Virus record (IMG/VR): IMGVR_UViG_3300033412_000025
DNA: 46,631 nt
DNA from: a virus
Direction: 5' to 3' (one strand)
The notes below the pieces were generated by a model. The model did not search any database, had not been told where the DNA came from, and worked only from the letters and a program-made list of their open reading frames with translations. Shown one piece after another: positions 24,682 to 32,524 of the stretch; the stretch's first letter is position 1; each line of letters opens with the position of its first letter. The position numbers and the translations under genes were made by a program.

Positions 24682-24918
24682 CTAGGTCTGTTCTTTGGCC
24701 TCATCGTCCAGTTCCCGGTATGCCCGCAAAACACGCGCCACACCGGGGATGATGTGGTCCCAAGCCGTTTGATTGAGGCACATCCCGGCGACTTGCAGAG
24801 CCTTCGCAGCCCGTGTCTCCATGTCATCGTCAGATGACAGCAACATGGTTTTCGGCTCCTTGGGTTCCTCGACAACTTCGGGGGGCTTGCGACCAAGCAG
24901 GCGGTCAAGAACGCTCAC
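24682..24918 (-). CDS. Hypothetical protein (78 aa, GTG start)
   Basis: GTGA overlap with the upstream stop. Confidence 0.5.
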   Translation of the reverse strand: MSVLDRLLGRKPPEVVEEPKEPKTMLLSSDDDMETRAAKALQVAGMCLNQTAWDHIIPGVARVLRAYRELDDEAKEQT

Positions 24919-25163
24919 TTCCCATCCCCCTCTATCTGTGAGAGGGCGCGGGTGACGCGAGCAAGCGGATATGGTTCGTTGAAAGGTGAGCTGCGGAAGT
25001 CCATGTATTCCTTCGCGGCCTTCAACGCCTCCACCGCCACAGTCAGCTTGGACTGTAGGTCGAGGATGGCGGCGGATGCCTTAAGCATGGCGATCGATGG
25101 AACCAGGGCCTGTTGCCCTGACTGCAATTCTAGCGTTTGTGCCAGTTCGCTGTAGTCCTTCAC
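24915..25163 (-). CDS. Hypothetical helical protein (82 aa, GTG start)
   Basis: GTGA overlap with the upstream stop. Confidence 0.5.
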   Translation of the reverse strand: MKDYSELAQTLELQSGQQALVPSIAMLKASAAILDLQSKLTVAVEALKAAKEYMDFRSSPFNEPYPLARVTRALSQIEGDGK

Positions 25164-25312
25164 TTCTCACCCTCCAACCCGCGCACCAGCGCCTTGATGG
25201 CCTCTATCCAAGCGGGGCGCACCCACAGTTCCAGGCGGACGTAGCCTTCTGCCTTCCTGCGGGCGCGTTCTGCTGCTTTGTATTCGGCGTTAGGCAACTT
25301 CATCTTCCGCAT
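25160..25312 (-). CDS. Small basic protein, possible ribbon-helix-helix-like (50 aa; start 25312 or 25303)
   Basis: AERARRKAEGYVRLELWVRPAWIEAIKAL: a beta strand plus helix pattern. Confidence 0.45.
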   Translation of the reverse strand: MRKMKLPNAEYKAAERARRKAEGYVRLELWVRPAWIEAIKALVRGLEGEK

Positions 25313-25529
25313 AGAGTGCCACGGCGGATCGCGGCATGTCGTCCAGAGCGGCAAGCGTTGCGATGATGTTGCGAAGGTCCATCAGCGTATCAATGGCCTC
25401 CAAAGCATCCCGCAAAACCTCTGCGGTCTTTGTGTTGTCGTGCAGTTCTGGAAACCGGATCGCCATGTCCACGGCAAGCCGTGTCGCCATGACCCTATCA
25501 AGGGGCTTTTTGAGTTTGGTTCGTGCCAT
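25290..25529 (-). CDS. Putative ribbon-helix-helix DNA-binding protein (79 aa)
   Basis: N-terminus MARTKLKKPLDRVMATRLAVDMA is RHH-like. GGAGG 5 nt before ATG 25529; the track start 25541 is also possible. Confidence 0.5.
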   Translation of the reverse strand: MARTKLKKPLDRVMATRLAVDMAIRFPELHDNTKTAEVLRDALEAIDTLMDLRNIIATLAALDDMPRSAVALYAEDEVA

Positions 25530-25555
25530 CACGTCCTCCATTGCCTATGCGGCGG

Positions 25556-25735
25556 TTACTTGCGAACGGCGCGGAAAACGTTCCGCTTGTAGTCAATAAG
25601 TAATTCAAAGCGGGCTTTTATCGCGTCCCATTCCCAAGACTTCCATGACAAGCGAGGCGACCAGCCCATCTGCTTGCGCAGCTTTTGCTTTAGTTCGCCA
25701 ACAGAACGGGCCGAAACTGTCACAGTGGCCTCCAT
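25556..25735 (-). CDS. Hypothetical small basic protein (59 aa from ATG 25735, or 55 aa from GTG 25723); first gene of the accessory operon
   Basis: Hand translation gives MEATVTVSARSVGELKQKLRKQMGWSPRLSWKSWEWDAIKARFELLIDYKRNVFRAVRK. Lies directly downstream of the consensus promoter. Confidence 0.5.
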   Translation of the reverse strand: MEATVTVSARSVGELKQKLRKQMGWSPRLSWKSWEWDAIKARFELLIDYKRNVFRAVRK

Positions 25736-25736
25736 T

Positions 25737-25757
25737 GCCTATGCCATCAACATAGGC
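25737..25757. promoter_or_regulatory. Inverted repeat GCCTATG-N7-CATAGGC (candidate operator) overlapping the -10 element and transcription start
   Basis: Perfect 7-bp arms read directly. One arm is part of the 16-mer also found at 25535-25550. Confidence 0.55.
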
Positions 25758-25777
25758 TAAGTGTCCGGTCATGTCAA
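25749..25777 (-). promoter_or_regulatory. Sigma70-type promoter for the leftward accessory operon (-35 TTGACA, 17-nt spacer, -10 TATGTT)
   Basis: On the minus strand: TTGACA (25772-25777), exactly 17 nt, then TATGTT (25749-25754). Confidence 0.65.
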
Positions 25778-25825
25778 CGGGTCGGGTGCGTTATTTTGCG
25801 AGAAATATCGCTCCCGTCCGTCCGG

Positions 25826-26836
25826 TCAGCCCGACATGATCACCCGCTTCTGGTCCGCCGTCTTGGCGTAGAACTCCGCCTCGCCTTCCTCGACGTGTCC
25901 AAGCCATGCCATTCGCGCGTCAGCACTGGCACCGGCTTCCTTCATTGACGCGGCGCGATACTTCCTGACCCCGTGGGCGGACTTCGCCACACCGGCTTTC
26001 CGCGCCGCTTCCGCGAACCACATGCTTGCCGCCTTCACCGAACGTGGTTTCCCATAGGCCGTGACGATCCAGGCAAGGTGCCTGACCTCCCGTGCCTCTA
26101 GCGCGGCCTTCAGCGCCCCCTGCCCGTCCGCCCATGCCGGTGCTGGCACTCGAACCGGAATGGCAACAGCCCCGTCCGTCTTTGCCTGCTTGAAGCGCAG
26201 CCATCCGTCTTTCCCGATCATGCCTTCGTGCATCCGCACCGCGTCACTCACCCTTGCCCCGGTGAAGTGCAGCACTTCGAAGAACAAACGTTGCGCCGTG
26301 TTCAGCCGCCAGTGTCGGCGGAAGGCCCGCACATCGTCCCGCGTCCACGCCTCGAACCCGTCCGACTTCGGCAAGTCTGGCTTCTTCACGGACAAGGCTA
26401 CGTTCTCGTCCAGCACCCCCGCCCCATGCGCCCACCGGCACAGCCCCCGCCACGCCTTCAGGCGCTTCAGTGAGGCATGGGGATCAAGCCGTGCCATGTC
26501 CTTGCGGATCGCCTTGGCCGTCAGCTTCTCAATCGGATAGCCGCCGAACTCGGCCCGCATGTCGTCCAGGTGCTTCCACATGTAGAGCTTCGTTGCCTTC
26601 GCCAGCCCTTGAAAGGCAACAGACCGAAGGTAGCCATCTATCGCCTTGGCGGTGGACCCTGTGACCTTCGGCGGCTCTGATATTCCCGCTGCCTTCATGT
26701 AGGCTTGCAGGAACCTTGGATCGTTTGTCGGGTAGTCGGGAAGGGGTGTATTCTTTCCCCCCTTGGGGCGATAGTAGAAGCGCGGCCTGCCGCTGGGCCA
26801 TGTGCCGGATTGGTTGAGATACTTCAGCCGGATCAT
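25826..26836 (-). CDS. int: Tyrosine integrase (336 aa)
   Basis: Catalytic signature TGARVSD (Arg), HGVRKY (His-x-x-Arg), WLGH, and Tyr in FYAKTAD. The start uses an ATGA overlap with the xis-like gene. Confidence 0.9.
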   Translation of the reverse strand: MIRLKYLNQSGTWPSGRPRFYYRPKGGKNTPLPDYPTNDPRFLQAYMKAAGISEPPKVTGSTAKAIDGYLRSVAFQGLAKATKLYMWKHLDDMRAEFGGYPIEKLTAKAIRKDMARLDPHASLKRLKAWRGLCRWAHGAGVLDENVALSVKKPDLPKSDGFEAWTRDDVRAFRRHWRLNTAQRLFFEVLHFTGARVSDAVRMHEGMIGKDGWLRFKQAKTDGAVAIPVRVPAPAWADGQGALKAALEAREVRHLAWIVTAYGKPRSVKAASMWFAEAARKAGVAKSAHGVRKYRAASMKEAGASADARMAWLGHVEEGEAEFYAKTADQKRVIMSG

Positions 26837-27051
26837 TCCCGGAAGTGACCTTCCCATTCGTTGCCCCCATCATCGCCGTCTGTGGGAAGGCTAGACGCGA
26901 AGGCGTCGAGGGAAAAGCGGTCGTATAGGCGACGGCCCCCAAGAACGCGGCGGGGCAGGTTCAGCTTTGCCAGGGTCGTTTCCGAAACGCCAAGGTAAGC
27001 CGCTGCTTGTGCGGCCCCCAACAGACGCGGCGGGAACGATAGGTCAGTCAT
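26833..27051 (-). CDS. Excisionase/AlpA-like helix-turn-helix protein (72 aa)
   Basis: LLGAAQAAAYLGVSETTLAKL is an HTH_17/MerR-type motif. Located immediately upstream of int. Confidence 0.6.
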   Translation of the reverse strand: MTDLSFPPRLLGAAQAAAYLGVSETTLAKLNLPRRVLGGRRLYDRFSLDAFASSLPTDGDDGGNEWEGHFRE

Positions 27052-27053
27052 GT

Positions 27054-28223
27054 TCAATCCTTGTAGGGGTCGAACTCGTTTGCGCCCGCCATAATCACGC
27101 CGAAAGGTCGCAGAGTGTGGACGATCTCAATGGTGTTCCTATGCTCGTGCAGAACGTCAGGAAGGCGACGATATGCTTGCGGGGCTTCGTCTAGGTCAGC
27201 GCCAATCAAAGAAACGCCACGGTCACGTAACCACTGTTGCCATTCGTCATGGCGAACTTTCCCCGGCATCCTAATTTTCCTCCCGGTGTCAGGGTCTTTC
27301 TGAAATCGGCCACGGGCTTCTGTTCTGGACATGACGCGCCCCGCCCCATGGACTGTTGAATAGAGCGCAGCCTTGCTTTCTTCGTTATCCACGCCGCGCA
27401 ATATTACAGCATCGTCACCCATGCTTCCGCCGACAAAGCTAAGCTGTCCGGGGAATGCAGGTGTTGCACCTTTGCGAACTACCCACATGTCCTTGCCTTT
27501 GTGGGTCTCGCGCCAACAAAAATTGTGGTGGTTATGGACGCGTTCAGTGACCGCCCCGCCGATGATCTGGCGAACACGTTCAACGACCCATTCACGTCCC
27601 GCATAAGCATACAATCCGCCCAATTCTATGCCAGCAAGATAGCCGCGCCCTAGATCGCTATCCACGTCAAGAAGCGCTGGCGGATCAAGCATGGTGTCTT
27701 TTGCGCCTGCTAGTTTCAGGTATTTCGTGGTTGTGCCGTGACCGAGGCCGCGCGACCCAAAATGAACTCCAATCCACGTCCATCCGGATTGGTCTTCAAA
27801 TAGATCGACGTAGTGATTTCCGGAACCAACGGTCCCAAGTTGAGCGCGCGCTTTCTGCTTCAGTTCCTCAACGTCTGCGGCTTTCCAAAGGTCGCTGTCA
27901 AACAGGTCATGGTCAACACGTTCATCGTTAACCCTGCCAACTCCAAAGCTGACAACTTTAGAAATATCGGATAGAATAGTTGCGACGTTGGGCCTTACTT
28001 CTGAGGCTGGAACATCCAGCCGGACGGCCATGTTGCCGCAGGCAATGTCAAACCCGACGCCGCTAATAGATATGTGGTCTGTGTATCCGACTACGCCGCC
28101 AATCGGGTGGTTGTAGCCCATGTGTCCGTCGGCGCAGAGGACTCCAGCCGCCGCCGATCCCGTCGCCATGCAGGTGTCCATCTGTTTCAGCGTGTTCTCG
28201 TCGTGATGACCATAAACCTTCAT
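27054..28223 (-). CDS. rtcB: RtcB RNA ligase (3'-phosphate/5'-hydroxyl ligase), 389 aa
   Basis: Motifs CADGHMGY, DIACGNM, GSGNHYVDL, HFGSRGLGH, HNHHNF and VHGAGR. GGAGAG before ATG 28223. Visibly lower GC than the flanks. Confidence 0.9.
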   Translation of the reverse strand: MKVYGHHDENTLKQMDTCMATGSAAAGVLCADGHMGYNHPIGGVVGYTDHISISGVGFDIACGNMAVRLDVPASEVRPNVATILSDISKVVSFGVGRVNDERVDHDLFDSDLWKAADVEELKQKARAQLGTVGSGNHYVDLFEDQSGWTWIGVHFGSRGLGHGTTTKYLKLAGAKDTMLDPPALLDVDSDLGRGYLAGIELGGLYAYAGREWVVERVRQIIGGAVTERVHNHHNFCWRETHKGKDMWVVRKGATPAFPGQLSFVGGSMGDDAVILRGVDNEESKAALYSTVHGAGRVMSRTEARGRFQKDPDTGRKIRMPGKVRHDEWQQWLRDRGVSLIGADLDEAPQAYRRLPDVLHEHRNTIEIVHTLRPFGVIMAGANEFDPYKD

Positions 28224-28306
28224 CGTCTCTCTCCGTTTACCAACGGCGGCAGGAGTCCCGTCATCATAAGATGCCCCCTGCCGCCGCACCGCCCACCACG
28301 GGCGGA

Positions 28307-28588
28307 TTAGTCTAATTGCGGCCTGATTTTCCATGCATAGTTGGCATACCACCACGCGGCCTTTACCTCTCTTTCAGCATTCTCCCCGTCGCCTTTTATC
28401 ATTCGTCCTTGAGAGATGCAGGCTGGCAAAGCTGCACAGAAAACGGCGTCAAGGAACGCGCGTCGGTCTTGCATTCTGTGGTCAAACATTTCCTGATGCC
28501 AAAGTCGCACCCGTTCATCCTCTTGAGCCGTTCGGCGCTTCCCTGCGTTGTATCCCTTTTGGTATGCGCTCTTTTCCGCTGGCGTCAT
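28307..28588 (-). CDS. Hypothetical protein (93 aa)
   Basis: ATGA overlap with the HNH gene stop. The upstream extension in the track ORF is unlikely to be real. Confidence 0.5.
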   Translation of the reverse strand: MTPAEKSAYQKGYNAGKRRTAQEDERVRLWHQEMFDHRMQDRRAFLDAVFCAALPACISQGRMIKGDGENAEREVKAAWWYANYAWKIRPQLD

Positions 28589-28956
28589 CTTGGCACAACC
28601 TCTCCCGATACCTTCTTCTTGAACCGCGACCGTTTGCTTCCGGCCAGCGTCGAACGGGGCTTCCACAGCCCCAAGTGCTTTGCCCGCACCCGCGCATCCT
28701 TGGACTTCTGCGCCACGTCGTCGGCGGTCTTGGCCCGGTGCGCGTCACGCAAGGCGGGGGCAAGGTTGGCTTCTCTGTTTTCGCCCCCGTTCACCAGCGC
28801 AAGAACGTGGTCGCAGTCCCACGCCTCGCCGGGGCGTATCTTGCGCCCGGTGATGTGGCAGACGCCGCCAGCACGTTCAAAGACGCGGGCCTTCACCCGT
28901 GGCGGGATGGGGCTATCCGGGGTCGCGCCGATCCATTCAGGGACTTCGCGCGTCAT
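28585..28956 (-). CDS. HNH endonuclease (123 aa)
   Basis: CH..G....E.DHVLALVNGGEN..ANL....DAHRAKT is the beta-beta-alpha-Me core. Confidence 0.8.
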   Translation of the reverse strand: MTREVPEWIGATPDSPIPPRVKARVFERAGGVCHITGRKIRPGEAWDCDHVLALVNGGENREANLAPALRDAHRAKTADDVAQKSKDARVRAKHLGLWKPRSTLAGSKRSRFKKKVSGEVVPR

Positions 28957-29957
28957 TCTGCGGCCTCCAGAATGGCGCGTCCAATTAGTTCAGGAATCGC
29001 AGGCACAACAGCATTGCCTAGGGCTGCAAGTCGGTGTGTCCTATCGGGAACCCCATGAGCCACTCGACCCACGTTGGGTTCAGATGCCCACTCCCAGCCG
29101 ATGCTTGCATTGCGTGATCCAGCCTGTCGTTTTCCCGCGACTTGCCATTCTTCCGGGTCAACGAGGCGGGGCTGCTGCCCTTGGACATTGAAGCCGTCGG
29201 CGTGGGCCAGATGCTGCGCCCAACTACCGTCTCCAAGTTTGGAAAGCGGCCCGGCGCCCATGCCGACTGTGGCGTGATAGTCGCCGCCATTGCGCTGCAT
29301 GAGCGTGGGGTTGGCCACATCATTTGACCAAGAACCGCCAACCGCAAATCCGATTGATGCTTGCGGCCGTCCGGTTTCCGCCAATATGTTCCGTTGAAAT
29401 CCTTGAGTCCAGGTTGCATCGGCGCTTGCGTTTTCGCTGGGGTAGGCCAGCAACCAGACGCGTTCTCTGCGATGGGGAGCGCCCAAGGCTGACGCCGGTA
29501 TGTTTTCCCATTCCGCATCATACCCGCACTCGGCCAAGTCTCCGAGAACTCGGCCAAACCATCCGCCTCGCCGTTCAGCCGGGCCACTAAGCAATGCTGC
29601 GACGTTCTCCACGATGACGTAGCGGGGTCGTAACTCGCCAACCAATCGGACGATTTCGGACCAGAGGCCGGAACGGGTTCCTTCGCCCATTCCCCTTTGC
29701 TTTCCCGCCACGCTAAGGTCTTGGCACGGAAACCCCCCGGTGATGACATCAACGGCAATTCCGTCTCGAGCCAGAACGTCTGCTGTGAGGGTTCTAACGT
29801 CATTGTAGATCGGCACTCCCGGCCAATGCTTCGCCAAAACCTTGCGGGGGAATTCTTCTATTTCGCAGAAGGCAACAGTTTCAAATCCGCCCGTCCGTTC
29901 CAATCCTAGACTAAATCCGCCGATGCCGGAAAACAAATCAAGAACACGCAACTTCAT
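28953..29957 (-). CDS. dcm: DNA (cytosine-5)-methyltransferase (334 aa)
   Basis: Motif I DLFSGIGG, motif IV GGFPCQDLS, motif VI VIVENV, motif VIII HRRERVW. Confidence 0.9.
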   Translation of the reverse strand: MKLRVLDLFSGIGGFSLGLERTGGFETVAFCEIEEFPRKVLAKHWPGVPIYNDVRTLTADVLARDGIAVDVITGGFPCQDLSVAGKQRGMGEGTRSGLWSEIVRLVGELRPRYVIVENVAALLSGPAERRGGWFGRVLGDLAECGYDAEWENIPASALGAPHRRERVWLLAYPSENASADATWTQGFQRNILAETGRPQASIGFAVGGSWSNDVANPTLMQRNGGDYHATVGMGAGPLSKLGDGSWAQHLAHADGFNVQGQQPRLVDPEEWQVAGKRQAGSRNASIGWEWASEPNVGRVAHGVPDRTHRLAALGNAVVPAIPELIGRAILEAAE

Positions 29958-30355
29958 TCTGCGGCCTCCGCGTCGGCCCAAATGTCCACGCCCTGCTCGG
30001 CGCAATAACTCTCAATGAACGTCTGCATGTCCGCCATTTCGCGGCGGGATAGCTTGCTGGACCGGAAGCCCTGCGGGAAAAACCCTTGCCCGTTCAGGTC
30101 AGGCAGGAACGGCGTTTCCCGTCCCATTGCCCGCATGAAGATGCACTTCCACGCTTCCGCGTCCCATGCGCGACCGCCGAGGGTCATCCGCTGCGATACA
30201 CGCTCAAGCAACGGCCAGAGGCGGCTGTTCTGCGCCAGCGAACGGGTCGGCCCCTTGAACTCGACGCGGGTTCCGTCCGGTAGGGACTTGACCCATGCCA
30301 CCGCCATTTCGCGATCCACAACGTTGCGGAGGGTGATTTCGGCGCGGTCGGTCAT
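29954..30355 (-). CDS. ninB: NinB/Orf-family recombination mediator (133 aa)
   Basis: RSLAQNSRLWPLL...RAWDAEAWKCIF matches lambda NinB RSLDQNRKLWACL...RWLDAESWKCVF. Confidence 0.85.
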   Translation of the reverse strand: MTDRAEITLRNVVDREMAVAWVKSLPDGTRVEFKGPTRSLAQNSRLWPLLERVSQRMTLGGRAWDAEAWKCIFMRAMGRETPFLPDLNGQGFFPQGFRSSKLSRREMADMQTFIESYCAEQGVDIWADAEAAE

Positions 30356-30537
30356 TGCGCCTCCAGTGCCGCCACAAGCGCGGCCTTGTCCGTGGGGTTG
30401 ATGGTCAGGCTGTCCAAGACCATGCCCACCGGGACAGCGTTATGCAGTTCCGCCGCCAAGCGATCGGCATAGTCCTCCCGGTAGGCGTCACAGCCGCCGA
30501 GAAGCAGAAGGAAGGCGGCTGTGCGCTTCATGGTCAA
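30352..30537 (-). CDS. Small lipoprotein (61 aa)
   Basis: Signal MTMKRTAAFLLLLGG-C (lipobox LLGGC). Confidence 0.6.
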   Translation of the reverse strand: MTMKRTAAFLLLLGGCDAYREDYADRLAAELHNAVPVGMVLDSLTINPTDKAALVAALEAQ

Positions 30538-30908
30538 AACGGGATTTCGTCGTCATAGCTGGACGCGCCAGCCTTCGCCGGTTCACGCGGGCGCTCCTCG
30601 CGTTCTTCGCGCTTCTCGCCCCCGCCTTGCAGCGTCACGTTGTCGGCGCGAACGGTCAGGTATGTTTTCCCCTCATGTTCGCGCTTCCCGAAGTCACCGG
30701 ACACGACGACGCGGGTTCCCTTTGTGAGATACTGCGACAGGGTTTCGCCCCGGCTTCCCCACATGGACACGTCGAACCAGATGGTTTCCTTGTCCTTGCG
30801 GCTGCGGTCTTCCACGGCGACGGAAAATCCGGTGATCTTGTCCCCGTTTCCTGTGGTTCGCACTACGGCGTCCTTGCCGATGTTCCCGGCGATGACGATG
30901 TTTTTCAT
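30534..30908 (-). CDS. ssb: Single-stranded DNA-binding protein (124 aa)
   Basis: OB-fold pattern (GNIGKDA, WFDVSMWG, VVVSG) and an acidic C-terminal tip DDEIPF. Confidence 0.85.
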   Translation of the reverse strand: MKNIVIAGNIGKDAVVRTTGNGDKITGFSVAVEDRSRKDKETIWFDVSMWGSRGETLSQYLTKGTRVVVSGDFGKREHEGKTYLTVRADNVTLQGGGEKREEREERPREPAKAGASSYDDEIPF

Positions 30909-31480
30909 CAGGCATGTTCCTTTTGTGAGAATGCCGCTTTGCGCGCGTCCTTCGCGGCCATCACGCGCTTGTCGGCCTGCACGGGGCGAGAAAGCCCCTT
31001 CCAGACGCGGGAAAGGTCGTCCAAGTCGAACGTGCTTTCGATGACGGCCTGTGCGTCGTTGCAGGCGCGTTCGTGGGCCAGTTCGGCGGCGTCCTCGACC
31101 GCGCGGCGGTTGTCCTTGCTGTCGGGGTCGTCCGTGCTGTCATCAATCGCCAGCAGGCCGCAGAGGGCGTATTTGCGGGCGTAGGACGAACAAGCGCCGG
31201 TGATCTGCGCGTCGTCCATGCCCTTCTTCTGTAGGGCGTGCATGGCCGCGCCTTGGGCCTCACCGATGATCTTGTCGTTATGCAGCAACGTTGCGGTTGC
31301 CACCAAGAACAGCCGGTCGCCGACAAGCGTGATGGTGTCCGTCATGACCAGCGACACGCCTTCCGGCGCAATCTCCTTGAACGCCCGAAGGATGCTTTCG
31401 GTGTTGCGGTATTTGTAGCCGCCGAAGGTGTTGTCCTTGTCCTTCGGCGCTTTCAGCTTTGCTTGGATTTCAGCGAGCAT
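30908..31480 (-). CDS. erf: Erf-family single-strand annealing protein (190 aa)
   Basis: LAEIQAKLKAPKDKDNTFGGYKYRN, GDRLFLVATAT and GACSSYARKYALCGLL match P22 Erf blocks. Confidence 0.9.
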   Translation of the reverse strand: MLAEIQAKLKAPKDKDNTFGGYKYRNTESILRAFKEIAPEGVSLVMTDTITLVGDRLFLVATATLLHNDKIIGEAQGAAMHALQKKGMDDAQITGACSSYARKYALCGLLAIDDSTDDPDSKDNRRAVEDAAELAHERACNDAQAVIESTFDLDDLSRVWKGLSRPVQADKRVMAAKDARKAAFSQKEHA

Positions 31481-32157
31481 CAGACAGCCCTTTTCTCTTG
31501 CCGCTCGATTGCCCCATCCGGCACCCGAGGCGCGCGTTTGACGTATTCATCAAGGAAGGTGCGGAGCGGTTCAGGGTCATTGACCCAAACCCACCGCGCG
31601 CAAGCGGTGTAGTCGGTCACTTCCCGCACGGTGAAAGTCCGCAGGCCCTTGACCGTCTCGACCTCCTTTGCGGCCAGCACAGCGGCGCGAGCGGCATCAG
31701 CGGCGGCGGCGGCTTCGCGCTGCGCCTCCAGATCGGCGGCGCTGGCAAGCGCGGCGGCAATGCGGGCGCGTTCCATAGCTTCCCGCGCTTCCCGTTCCTT
31801 GGCGCGGCGTTCGGCTTCCCGTTCTTCGGCCAGCTTGCGCTTGAAGTCCTCGACCGTCTTGGCGAGGCCCTTCTTCATGCGCTCCAGATCGGCCAGGAAC
31901 GGCTTCCACCGTTCAACCACGGCGTCACACGCGGCCTTGTGCGGGCGGTATTCGTCTTCCTTCGCGTCCTTGGCTTCCTTCTCCACGTCCTTGACGGATG
32001 CCAGAAGGTTGTCCACGGCCTTCATCTGGCCTTCGTTTTCGACGGGGGTTCCGTCCAGCCAGTTGGCGACTTCCACGAACAGGCCGTCATGTTCCGACTG
32101 GATTATCTCCATCGGGTCCGGCGGGTTGTTGTGGCCGATTGCGGCGGGGGCGTTCAT
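31480..32157 (-). CDS. Conserved hypothetical protein with an Ala/Glu-rich coiled coil (225 aa)
   Basis: Long ORF with TGATG-type coupling to erf; no motif recognised. Confidence 0.65.
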   Translation of the reverse strand: MNAPAAIGHNNPPDPMEIIQSEHDGLFVEVANWLDGTPVENEGQMKAVDNLLASVKDVEKEAKDAKEDEYRPHKAACDAVVERWKPFLADLERMKKGLAKTVEDFKRKLAEEREAERRAKEREAREAMERARIAAALASAADLEAQREAAAAADAARAAVLAAKEVETVKGLRTFTVREVTDYTACARWVWVNDPEPLRTFLDEYVKRAPRVPDGAIERQEKRAV

Positions 32158-32315
32158 CTTGCGTATTCCCTAGCCATGCGGGCGAAGTCCAAGGCGTGAC
32201 GCCGTGCAACAAAGGCCATGAGGCGGCGTCCGTCGCGGCGGGCTTCCAGATACCGCTTGATCCACATGTCCCTGCTTCTGATGGCGATGCCGTGCATCCA
32301 GCTTTCCACGGTCAT
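32154..32315 (-). CDS. Hypothetical basic protein (53 aa; track start 32351 is the alternative)
   Basis: ATGA overlap at 32312-32315. Confidence 0.45.
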   Translation of the reverse strand: MTVESWMHGIAIRSRDMWIKRYLEARRDGRRLMAFVARRHALDFARMAREYAR

Positions 32316-32524
32316 TTGCGGATACCCCATGCGATGAACTGACTGACCCATCCGGCGCTGTAGGCTGCGCGGATAACGTCATCGACGGTCTGGTGAAGCG
32401 CCTTGATGGCTTCGTAGCGTTCGCCAGCAAGGCGGTTGCGTTCTTCGCCGGCTTGCAGGCGCGAGGTCATGTATGCCGCGTCCGCCCGGTCAAACACTGC
32501 CTTGGCGCGCGCAAGGTCGGTCAT
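32312..32524 (-). CDS. Hypothetical protein (70 aa)
   Basis: Starts MTDLARAKAV. The N-terminal Arg/His-rich part of the track ORF looks non-coding. Confidence 0.5.
   Translation of the reverse strand: MTDLARAKAVFDRADAAYMTSRLQAGEERNRLAGERYEAIKALHQTVDDVIRAAYSAGWVSQFIAWGIRK

Noticed and set aside
27385-27666. Two DnaA-box-like 9-mers (TTATCCACG at 27385, CTATCCACG at 27658) inside rtcB.
   Set aside because: There are only two imperfect boxes, both inside a coding region of foreign composition and far from the replication genes. This is not enough to call an origin.
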